The notes under the pieces: model-generated | Told to the model about the DNA's origin: nothing | Databases searched by the model: none | Seen by the model: only the letters and a program-made list of their open reading frames with translations | Source of the DNA: Candidatus Tenderia sp. | GTDB lineage: Bacteria > Pseudomonadota > Gammaproteobacteria > Tenderiales > Tenderiaceae | NCBI GenBank assembly: GCA_031416075.1 | Contig: JANOSY010000017.1 | Location: 32,001 to 96,000 of the forward strand | Direction: 5' to 3' | DNA: 64,000 nucleotides | Program-made: the position numbers and the translations under genes | Part shown: positions 55,974 through 64,000 of the stretch, piece by piece | How the letters are laid out: each line of letters opens with the position of its first letter | Numbering within the stretch: position 1 is the stretch's first letter

Positions 55974-58424
55974 CTATACTGACTTTGAGGATTCATTGCT
56001 ACGCAGAAACAGCGGCAGTATCAGCAGCGCCGCAATACAACTGACAACCATATAGAGCACCACAAATACGCCCAATTTGACATGCGGAGGGAACTGTGAC
56101 AAAAACAGGACGGAAAACCCCGCCACTACCACCACCGCATTAAAGACAATCGTACGCCCGACACTTCGGAGCGTTTCAGAAACTGCCATTTCGTGGGACA
56201 ACCCTGCCTTGCGCTCTGCCGTATAACTAAAAACATAATGGATGGCGTAATCAACCCCTACCCCTACCGCAATACCCGCCGCCAGTACGCTGGAAACATC
56301 CACCGGAATACCTAACCAACCCGCTCCGCCACCCACTAGCAGGCTGGCAATCAGCACGGGCAGCACCACCGCAGCCCCCACATAAAACGAACGAAACCAA
56401 AGTACCGCCAGTATAAAAATGGCCACCTTCGAAAACAGCAACGACCAGATCTGGCTATCGATCAACATCTGCGCCCAGATATAGGAGTTATTGGCTGACC
56501 CTGCAAAATTCACCTGAACACTCTTGTCGGTAAAGTTCTGAGCAACATATTCATTAATATTATGAATGATGTTTTTTAAATGGAGCGTCTGGTCAGTCTT
56601 GATGGAGACCGTGATATTGGCATGCTGATAGTTAAAGTCCACCACCTCATCCAGAAGCTCCGGCTGTCCAGAGACCGAGTAGAGATAGAGCCCTTCAGCA
56701 ATCTCGGCCTGACTCTTCGGCAAGGTGTAGTAGGCCTCATCCATGGAGTGGAGCGTCTTGTTCAGGCTTTTAAGATAGTCCACCACAGAGACTGTATCAC
56801 CCACATACTCAAGGCTCTCGGCGTATTGCTGCAATCCGTCCATCTTCGCCAGCAACTCTGGTGACTTAAGGCCGTCAGGCGCAGCAGTCTCCACCACAAT
56901 ATTCAGAAACTGTGAGCCATCAAAACGCTCGTTCACCAGGGCCGTTGACTGGGCAACTTCACTATCTGCCCTAAAATCACTCAACCAGCTGGAGTTAACC
57001 TCAAGCTTCAACACCCCCGCACTTATCACCAGCACCACCACTGCCACCGCCGCCGATGACAGCTTGCGGTTGCCCATTAAAAACTGCCCCAGCTTCACCA
57101 GCACGACCGTCATCACATCCTGCTCTGCACGTACCCGCATCGAACGTTTGCGGGAGTGATAACCAGGCACCGCTGGTTTCATGATAGTAAGCATGGCAAC
57201 TGCCATTGTCATCGTCAGCAACCAACAGAAGGCAATGCCCAGGACCGTAAACAGACCAAAGATTTTAAAGGGAGGCATTTCAGCCATTAACAGAGAGAGA
57301 AAACCAACTGCTGTGGTCACAGACGTTGTTACTAACGGTGGCCCCAGCTTTGCCATCACCTCCGAAATAATCTCGCCGCCACTACGGTATGGATTTTCCA
57401 GCACCTTATTATAATAGTGGCTCAACAGATGTACCGAATCACCAATCCCCACCGCCACCAGGATCACTGGCAACATGGTTGAAATGGTATACAGCGGCAC
57501 ATCCAACAACACCATCGCGCCCAGCGTCCAGATAATCGCCCCTGCCATCACCAGCAGCGGAATCAGAATGCCACGCCCGGTCTTGAAGATCAGAAACAGC
57601 GCCACCGCCATTACCGCAATCAGCAGAGGCACCATCATCTTCATATCGGACATGGCGCTAAGCCCCGATGTCACTTCAATAACAGGACGTCCCGCCAGAT
57701 AGATCACATCACCATTATCAAGAACAGCCGCCTCAATCTCACCACTCTGCTGCTGCCACTCCTGATCACCTTTCCCCCACTCACCATCCTGCTGCCAGTC
57801 ACCACTGGTCTCGCCACTCCACCAGCTATTCCCTGTTGTACCACCACCTTCAGCCGCAATAACGCCTTTTATCTGCCAAAACGTCTGATAACGGTTGGTG
57901 GCTCCCTCTTTAAGCTTGGCGCGAATCATCGCCGCACTGCCATCCGCCGAGACTATATTGCCCACCAGGATGTCGGCATGCTGCTCAACTTTATCTTTAA
58001 GCTTTTTAATCTCATCATCGGTGGCCGTGCCGCCCTCCATCAGGCGCACAGCCCCCATGCTTTCATCATTCCCTTCAAATACAGTCGCTGTTGACAGTGA
58101 GGCCACATCCAGAACACGGCTGGCAATTACCCCAGGCAGCTCAGCCACCTTCTCACTGATCCTGGCAATACGCTCCAGCGTCTCTTTGTTATAAACACCC
58201 TTGTCATCATTTTTAACAATGATCACAATTGCATCTTTAGCCCCAAACAGATGCTCAATCTTCTCATCATATTGAATAGCCGGATGCCCTTTGGGCATAT
58301 AGACACGGGCATCAGTCTCCCAACGCAGCTGGCCAAGCTGCATCAACATAAACACGGTTATGGCCGCAATTATTGCAAGAATAATCTTCGGATACCTGAC
58401 CACAAAACCGTATAACAACTTCAT
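55974..58424 (-). CDS. MMPL/RND family transporter with a W/G/Q-rich insertion
   Basis: Two repeats of (1 TM + periplasmic domain + 5 TM); VGIGDSVH, TSVTTAVGFLSL and GVGVDYAIH motifs. Confidence 0.9.
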   Translation of the reverse strand: MKLLYGFVVRYPKIILAIIAAITVFMLMQLGQLRWETDARVYMPKGHPAIQYDEKIEHLFGAKDAIVIIVKNDDKGVYNKETLERIARISEKVAELPGVIASRVLDVASLSTATVFEGNDESMGAVRLMEGGTATDDEIKKLKDKVEQHADILVGNIVSADGSAAMIRAKLKEGATNRYQTFWQIKGVIAAEGGGTTGNSWWSGETSGDWQQDGEWGKGDQEWQQQSGEIEAAVLDNGDVIYLAGRPVIEVTSGLSAMSDMKMMVPLLIAVMAVALFLIFKTGRGILIPLLVMAGAIIWTLGAMVLLDVPLYTISTMLPVILVAVGIGDSVHLLSHYYNKVLENPYRSGGEIISEVMAKLGPPLVTTSVTTAVGFLSLLMAEMPPFKIFGLFTVLGIAFCWLLTMTMAVAMLTIMKPAVPGYHSRKRSMRVRAEQDVMTVVLVKLGQFLMGNRKLSSAAVAVVVLVISAGVLKLEVNSSWLSDFRADSEVAQSTALVNERFDGSQFLNIVVETAAPDGLKSPELLAKMDGLQQYAESLEYVGDTVSVVDYLKSLNKTLHSMDEAYYTLPKSQAEIAEGLYLYSVSGQPELLDEVVDFNYQHANITVSIKTDQTLHLKNIIHNINEYVAQNFTDKSVQVNFAGSANNSYIWAQMLIDSQIWSLLFSKVAIFILAVLWFRSFYVGAAVVLPVLIASLLVGGGAGWLGIPVDVSSVLAAGIAVGVGVDYAIHYVFSYTAERKAGLSHEMAVSETLRSVGRTIVFNAVVVVAGFSVLFLSQFPPHVKLGVFVVLYMVVSCIAALLILPLFLRSNESSKSV

Positions 58425-58437
58425 CTATGCCATTCCC

Positions 58438-59943
58438 CTAGAAAGAGTATTTAAACTCAAAAAATACCCTGTCGTTATCATGAAAATTCCCAACAAACTG
58501 GGCCTGCTGAATCGCCGGATTAAACTGGCCCTGCTCATTAATATTGGATGTTCCGAAGTCAGACTTTGGCCCTTCAAAAATATCCATGCCCACCGCCACC
58601 TGAAAGCGATTTGTCACATGAAAGGTCACCTTTGGCTTTAAAAAACTCTCATTCATGGTCTGCAAATAGATCCACAACGCCTGCACAGTCATCGAGTACG
58701 CAGGAAACTCCCTTCGTACAAACATATTGAACGATGTGTCCACCTGCTTCTGAATAATTGATTTCTCATAATCCAGAATGATCCACTGCATGCCCCCCAG
58801 CGCCACATCCCAGCCGAGCAAATTGACATCAACCCCGCCTCCCCAACGGATATGATTCTTCTGAACCTCACCATTAGAGTCCACATACCCATCACCATCA
58901 GCATCGGCGACATTGCTCAACCCAAAAAACTTATCCCTAACGTAGGCCAGCTCACCCTTAAGAATATACCCCCCCATCTGCCGCACTGCCGTCGCACCAA
59001 AAATGGAGAGCCTGGAATATGTTGGATAAAAGATCGGTGTTTCACCGCCAATTTTGACACTTCTGAATACCACAGGAAAATCATCCCACGTATAAAAATA
59101 GCTGAGGGATAACTCAGTGTCCGCAACATCTGCAGACCACCTCATGCCCACCTCAGAATTTTCCAGCCTCCAGGACTCAGGCCGTCTGGTACCAGGCACC
59201 TCTTGTAACAACTCCCACTCTGAACCCGGCGGTGCCGGTTTATGAAATTGCAAATCAGGGATCCAGACAAACTGCAGATCACCCCTCTTTGTATAATAAT
59301 CCAGCTTGGCGCTCCATAATGAAATACGATAATCCAACAGATCAGGCAGAATCAGCTCCCTAAAATCCATCGGGTTCATCTCATCAACAATACGAACCCC
59401 CTCCAGTACACCCCACACAATATACTGTTTGCCCAAGCGCATATCCCAACTATCGGCCGCCACATCCAGATAAAGCTCACGAATCGCAGCGACAGGACTG
59501 TCTTTTTCTTGGGGAAGGTTTTCAACAAAGGCAAGCGGCTCTTCTGAGTTGCGCTCCAACCTCGCAGAGATCGTCTCATAGTTAAACAGGTCGTAGGCAT
59601 GATCATAATATGCCCAACCCGTAAAATTAAACTTAACATTGTCTGTCAGAGGGTATTTACTGTTTAAATAGGCAATATTACGAAGCTTCGTGATCGCACG
59701 TGGCTCACGAATTCGATAGGCAATTTCATTTTTGAGGTAACCCGTCAGCTCTAACGCCGACCAGAGGGTTTCAGAAGTGGCATCTGTTTCCACCTCAACA
59801 GTCTCGGCAACATCAGGCTCGACACTGTTTGCAAACACGGAACCAAAATCAGATGGCGGCGGAGCCTGCTGCGCCAACACAGAACAGAAGGGCATTGGAC
59901 CGAAAAAAACAATGACTAACAACCACAGTTTGTGCACACCCAA
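58438..59943 (-). CDS. DUF1302-like outer-membrane beta-barrel protein
   Basis: RELYLD, RLGKQYIVWG, NPMD and C-terminal NDRVFFEFKYSF motifs. Confidence 0.75.
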   Translation of the reverse strand: MGVHKLWLLVIVFFGPMPFCSVLAQQAPPPSDFGSVFANSVEPDVAETVEVETDATSETLWSALELTGYLKNEIAYRIREPRAITKLRNIAYLNSKYPLTDNVKFNFTGWAYYDHAYDLFNYETISARLERNSEEPLAFVENLPQEKDSPVAAIRELYLDVAADSWDMRLGKQYIVWGVLEGVRIVDEMNPMDFRELILPDLLDYRISLWSAKLDYYTKRGDLQFVWIPDLQFHKPAPPGSEWELLQEVPGTRRPESWRLENSEVGMRWSADVADTELSLSYFYTWDDFPVVFRSVKIGGETPIFYPTYSRLSIFGATAVRQMGGYILKGELAYVRDKFFGLSNVADADGDGYVDSNGEVQKNHIRWGGGVDVNLLGWDVALGGMQWIILDYEKSIIQKQVDTSFNMFVRREFPAYSMTVQALWIYLQTMNESFLKPKVTFHVTNRFQVAVGMDIFEGPKSDFGTSNINEQGQFNPAIQQAQFVGNFHDNDRVFFEFKYSF

Positions 59944-59963
59944 TCACCACGTCCCTGTCTTGA

Positions 59964-60401
59964 TCAAATAGCGGCTTTACACACATGACATAGCATGACA
60001 GGTCGGGCAGCTCCAAACCCCAAAGTAACCTCTTCGCCAGCCAGCAAGTCTACACCACAACCCATACACAGCGCCGGTTTATTTAACACCACACACCCCC
60101 ATCCCAGCACCGAATCAAAACGATCCACGGAGCGCATCCCGGCTGACTCACCTGTCGACAACACGGGCTGCGGCAACACCTCGCTTTCCCCCTCCTTAAA
60201 CGACTCCTCAAGAATATTACGAATCAAAATCGAAATAGGAATCCCCAACACTTCAGCGCGCTGCATAATACGATCACGCAGCTCTTTGGGCACCCTAGCC
60301 CCCAAGTATCCCTCTTTACGTTTCATTGCCATCGCAACGACCTCATCACGCCTGGCCATTGCCTCATTCCGCATTGATTTTGTCACCGCAACCATCCTCA
60401 A
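59964..60401 (-). CDS. Ribbon-helix-helix DNA-binding protein with C-terminal CxxC...CxxC zinc finger (start may be downstream)
   Basis: YLGARVPKELRDRI..RAEVLGIPISILIRNILE; CMGC and CHVC. Confidence 0.7.
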   Translation of the reverse strand: MRMVAVTKSMRNEAMARRDEVVAMAMKRKEGYLGARVPKELRDRIMQRAEVLGIPISILIRNILEESFKEGESEVLPQPVLSTGESAGMRSVDRFDSVLGWGCVVLNKPALCMGCGVDLLAGEEVTLGFGAARPVMLCHVCKAAI

Positions 60402-60412
60402 TCGTTCACAAT

Positions 60413-60450
60413 GTCATACACACGTTATACATCAAAGTGAGGCGCGTCAA
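60413..60450 (-). promoter_or_regulatory. Candidate sigma70 promoter overlapped by a direct repeat
   Basis: TTGACG-17 nt-TAACGT; TGTATAAC and TGTATGAC repeated with an 11-bp period. Confidence 0.45.
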
Positions 60451-60468
60451 ACAATGCTTTCATAAAAC

Positions 60469-60497
60469 AAAACGCCAGCCTGAAATCTGGCTGGCGT
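60469..60497 (-). terminator. Intrinsic terminator
   Basis: acgccagcc...ggctggcgt stem with a T-run on the minus strand. Confidence 0.75.
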
Positions 60498-60524
60498 CAT
60501 AACAAAACGGACCACAACAATCCC

Positions 60525-61334
60525 CTACGGCCCCTTCTTCAGCTCACGCTCAGAAAACTGCCTATCCTCCAAACCAACACCAAACTTAACACCCGTCACT
60601 TCAAACACTGACTTATGCTTAGTCTGATAATTCTCCACCTCAACCCGATCCCAGGCCCATGCACCACCCACCTGCTGCCACGACAACACCTGAGTCTTCA
60701 GCAAACTCCCCTGCGGATCGTAATACTCCATCTTAGCCTTATAGCAACTATTCCAGTCAGGCGCTTTGGCATACCAGGAAATTTTCTTGCTATATTGTGG
60801 CCGCGCCTCCTTAGGAGTGCTTTCAACCACATGATATTTCACCCCGCCAGTCTCCTCAACACGCAACAATGTGTGCACATCCGCCGCCAGAACGCGCTCC
60901 TCAATGTCACCATAAGTAAGATCAGAACCCAAAAAGCTGTCCCCTGGATCCCGCACTGAAACCCTGCGAATCTTCCTCAACTGTGGCAAATACAACCATT
61001 GATCCGCCAATTTCCCAGAACTGGCAGTATATCCCCAGCGCATAAAACCGGTCCCTTTCGCGTCAGGAGGGAATTCCGTATACAAAACCATCTTATCTAA
61101 AACGCCTTCTTTGCCGTGGTAGTTTTTCCACAAACGTGCATAGATATTCTTACGTTCATTCTCATCTTTATCAATAAGAGCGATAGACAAACGTGACAAC
61201 TGATCCTCACCCGGGTTTTTATATTCACAGTTTTTCACAACATCGCCACCAAGCAAATCAGCAGCCAGAGCCACCCCAGTCAATGGAAACATCAAAACCG
61301 TCACAAACACAGAATGCATCCACCCAAAGTTCAT
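60525..61334 (-). CDS. LolA-like outer membrane lipoprotein-sorting protein
   Basis: PPDAKGTGF, DQWLYLPQLRKIRRV, SFLGSDLTYGD and FSEREL motifs; GGAGG RBS. Confidence 0.85.
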   Translation of the reverse strand: MNFGWMHSVFVTVLMFPLTGVALAADLLGGDVVKNCEYKNPGEDQLSRLSIALIDKDENERKNIYARLWKNYHGKEGVLDKMVLYTEFPPDAKGTGFMRWGYTASSGKLADQWLYLPQLRKIRRVSVRDPGDSFLGSDLTYGDIEERVLAADVHTLLRVEETGGVKYHVVESTPKEARPQYSKKISWYAKAPDWNSCYKAKMEYYDPQGSLLKTQVLSWQQVGGAWAWDRVEVENYQTKHKSVFEVTGVKFGVGLEDRQFSERELKKGP

Positions 61335-61405
61335 ACAACACCTCCACATCACCTTTGTGTAAAACCATCACCCAATGCAACAACCCACCAGCAAACATAC
61401 AACAC

Positions 61406-61435
61406 AAAAAAAGAGGGGCTTGCGCCCCTCCTTTC
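61406..61435 (-). terminator. Intrinsic terminator
   Basis: gaggggc-ttgc-gcccctc stem followed by a T-run on the minus strand. Confidence 0.8.
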
Positions 61436-61461
61436 AAATCACAACATCTAACAATAAAATA

Positions 61462-62418
61462 CTATGGCCAAGGCTGGAACGGGTCGCTGATAGCCCCCGT
61501 CGTTGCACGAGCACCCCAAACGTTGGTATCCCACGCAATAGCCGCCATGTTAGTCAAGCTAAAGGTAGAGATAAAGTCATTGGCAGCAGTGGTTTTATTG
61601 TCATATGAAGTAAAGCCAAACGTCTGGCCAACGATAGTGCTCAAGTCCTGACCAATCCACACGGCCTGGACTCTATCACCCTTAGTACCACCATTACCCT
61701 TGACTGTGTCATTAGTCCACGTCATCACCAAGTTGGCTGGCGAAGCCGGAAGAGTCACAGTAGATTTACCAGCCACCGGATTAGAAACAATACGTGCATA
61801 ATCTCCAGACAGATCAACCAGCACAAAATCCTGCTTGTCCGTACCTTGTATAGGCACATAAGCAGTAATCTTCATCCCAGAAGCTGTAACGTCTGCGCCG
61901 TTATTCGTTGAGGCATCACCTTCTTGACGGAAAATAAAATCCGTTTGGAAATTATCAAACGTATCCTTCAAGCCTTGTGTCAACTTCAAACTATCTCCCG
62001 CCCAACCTGAGCTCAAGGTTGTGGACGCTTTAAAAGTAGTGGTTGCACTTACCTGAGAAATACGTTGCTTATCGGCTATACCAGTCACATTACCTGTACG
62101 AACAAAGCTCTCATCAGCAAAAACCAGAGCGTCGAGGGCCGTGGCATTTGCAGCAGTTGCGTTATTTTCCGTAATGATTGTCTGGAAGTACTGCTGTCCT
62201 GTACTGGTTTCAGTAACCATACGCTGATAGAAACCAAGATCGGTCATCGCCGTACCACAGCTAAAACCAGCCAAGGCACCAGCGCCGCACGCCGCACCAG
62301 CTATCGTACCGTTATTTACGGTCCATGAATCAAAGGCGGGCGCTGCCGCCAGCACAGAGCCGGAAAGTACCAGTGCTACAGCACCGGCCGAACTCGCAGC
62401 TTTATAAGGTTTACTCAT
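61462..62418 (-). CDS. Secreted protein of unknown function (A/T/G/S-rich, beta-rich)
   Basis: AGGAGG RBS, signal peptide ending VLA, one Cys pair, C-terminus DPFQPWP, own terminator. Confidence 0.85.
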   Translation of the reverse strand: MSKPYKAASSAGAVALVLSGSVLAAAPAFDSWTVNNGTIAGAACGAGALAGFSCGTAMTDLGFYQRMVTETSTGQQYFQTIITENNATAANATALDALVFADESFVRTGNVTGIADKQRISQVSATTTFKASTTLSSGWAGDSLKLTQGLKDTFDNFQTDFIFRQEGDASTNNGADVTASGMKITAYVPIQGTDKQDFVLVDLSGDYARIVSNPVAGKSTVTLPASPANLVMTWTNDTVKGNGGTKGDRVQAVWIGQDLSTIVGQTFGFTSYDNKTTAANDFISTFSLTNMAAIAWDTNVWGARATTGAISDPFQPWP

Positions 62419-62697
62419 TTTGAAGCCTCCTGATCTTTTTTTAAACATTTGCAGAGACACATCCATCTCTCCCAGCAAAAATCACCCTACTTACTCCACA
62501 ATAATACGTATATCACCTATTCAGTACCCGCGTCAATCGCGGTAAAATCACAAACAGTACAAAAACACCCTTCCTCAATGAATGACAGCTACAAAATGCC
62601 ACTCTCAATCCCTTACAGATACTCAGGCCACATCACAAAACATTTCCTTCTGTACGGATATCGGCCATTGAACAGTCGCACTTTAGTACTTTACACT

Positions 62698-63330
62698 CTA
62701 AACCCAATGTCTTTTGTGAAAATTCATCAACACCAAGTTATTCTGCGTTGCCCCGTAATCAACCATAGCAATTGATGCCGGGTCAATACATAGCTGCCTA
62801 TAGGAGGAGATGGGCATGCCAAGTGCCTCAGATAGCAGAACCCTAATCGGCCCAACATGTGCAACCACAACAACCGTCTCACCACGATGTCGCGCAGCCG
62901 CTTCACGAACAAACGGCACAACCCTGTCAGCAAGATCGTAAACCGACTCCCCACTCATCGGTTTAAAAGCAGCTTGATCACTTTTCCACTCTTGATACTC
63001 CACGGCAAAATCACGCTCTATCTCGTGGAAATACAACCCTTCCCACACACCAAAGCGGCGCTCACAGAGCGACCCATCATAAACCACGGCAGAACCAGCG
63101 CTTCCTGACAACAAGATATCAGCCGTCATTTTTGTACGCAAAGAAGGGCTTACATAGAACGTTGCCGGACCCAGTCCACGCAAACATTCCTCTGCCTGCC
63201 ACGCCTGGGACATCCCCCTCTCATTAAGCGGCGGATCCTCAACCTCATCACAATAGATCTTATCCGTTGGAAAATCAGTCTCTCCATGACGAACAAATAC
63301 AACCCTGGTGCTGCGCTCTTTCTCTCTCAC
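62698..63330 (-). CDS. Histidine phosphatase family protein (CobC/GpmB-like)
   Basis: VRHGET, SPSLR, ERRFGVWEG, GES and VAHVGPI motifs. Confidence 0.88.
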   Translation of the reverse strand: MREKERSTRVVFVRHGETDFPTDKIYCDEVEDPPLNERGMSQAWQAEECLRGLGPATFYVSPSLRTKMTADILLSGSAGSAVVYDGSLCERRFGVWEGLYFHEIERDFAVEYQEWKSDQAAFKPMSGESVYDLADRVVPFVREAAARHRGETVVVVAHVGPIRVLLSEALGMPISSYRQLCIDPASIAMVDYGATQNNLVLMNFHKRHWV

Positions 63331-63375
63331 ACAGCCTCTCCACGTAAAGCAGCCGTCATCAGCAATACTCTGCCA

Positions 63376-63858
63376 TCATTCCGCCGTTTTAGCTGGGGCA
63401 CTACCCGCCGCCACCTCAGCCTTTGGGTCGCGCGAATTATGCTCCACCCAGCGTTTGTCACCTGCAGGAGTAGTTTCACACTTCCAGAAAGGTGCCCGCT
63501 CTTTCAGGTAGTTAATGATAAACCGGCACGCATCAAACGCATTAGCACGATGGGCAGACCATACAGCAACAAGGACAATGGCGTCGTTTGGATATATGTC
63601 ACCATGACGGTGCACCACCAAGCTATCCACAATATCCCACCGTTGGGCGGCCTCTTCGCAAACTTGCTCGATATGCTTCTCTGTCATGCCCGGATAATAG
63701 TCTAACCGCATGGCAGCAACATCTTGACCATCATTAAAGTCTCTCATAGTCCCGACAAATGTCACAACACCACCATGCTTCCCTCGTGGCAGGCTATTTT
63801 GGTAATCAGCCACCATCTGGCCCGGCTCAAAAGGAGACTCCTGAACGACAACTTTCAT
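63376..63858 (-). CDS. moaE: Molybdopterin synthase catalytic subunit
   Basis: FVGTMRD, YPGMTEK, HRHG, SAHR and LKERAPFWKCE motifs. Confidence 0.93.
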   Translation of the reverse strand: MKVVVQESPFEPGQMVADYQNSLPRGKHGGVVTFVGTMRDFNDGQDVAAMRLDYYPGMTEKHIEQVCEEAAQRWDIVDSLVVHRHGDIYPNDAIVLVAVWSAHRANAFDACRFIINYLKERAPFWKCETTPAGDKRWVEHNSRDPKAEVAAGSAPAKTAE

Positions 63859-63865
63859 AACCACT

Positions 63866-64000
63866 TCACCCCCCTGTCACCGGCGGGAAAAATGCAAGCT
63901 CATCGCCATCTTTAAGCACCGCCGCCGCGTCCGTATATGACATGTTTACCGCAATCAAGGTGCTTGGGGGCATTGGCTTGCCTTCTGACACCATAGTCCA
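63866..64000 (-). CDS. moaD: Molybdopterin synthase sulfur carrier subunit (partial; 5' end outside the window)
   Basis: Translates ...IAVNMSY...LKDGDELAFFPPVTGG*; directly upstream of moaE. Confidence 0.9.
   Translation of the reverse strand, partial: WTMVSEGKPMPPSTLIAVNMSYTDAAAVLKDGDELAFFPPVTGG

Noticed and set aside
62698-64000. moaD-moaE-phosphatase as part of the envelope locus
   Set aside because: Ordinary cofactor genes separated by a ~280-bp gap with its own promoter-like sequence; a link cannot be supported from the sequence alone.

Overview
Chromosomal segment of a gammaproteobacterium, inferred from gene content (hemF, kdkA, tcdA, apaH, hldE, TolC). From left to right: a V4R protein; DUF2238-tcdA; thiC under a TPP riboswitch, with an in-frame amber stop; pcm-rhodanese-tolC-lpxL-waaA; and a large LPS core/lipid A cluster (kdkA, GT32/GT9/GT2/GT4, waaL, waaF, hldD, hldE, msbA, eptA). 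The LPS cluster contains a 7-repeat FG-GAP beta-propeller gene split by an intact IS5-family element with a TTAA duplication. Next come a PAS/GAF-GGDEF-EAL protein, yiaD, hemW, hemF, a lytic transglycosylase and apaH. A 2.1-kb hcp/lysozyme-like/putative immunity islet follows, bounded by a 71-bp duplication of the pip 3' end. After it are typA, a P-loop ATPase + TPR pair (the ATPase has an early stop) and tsaD. A ~12-kb uncharacterised envelope locus follows: a secreted protein, a LolA-like protein, an RHH-Zn-finger protein, a DUF1302-like barrel, an MMPL/RND transporter, a second barrel, a TPR-barrel and a convergent ABC exporter. The MMPL and the ABC ATPase share Trp/Gln/Gly-rich insertions. 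The window ends in a histidine phosphatase, moaE and partial moaD. No rRNA, tRNA or CRISPR array was seen. Family assignments are from motif recognition only; no database searches were run.
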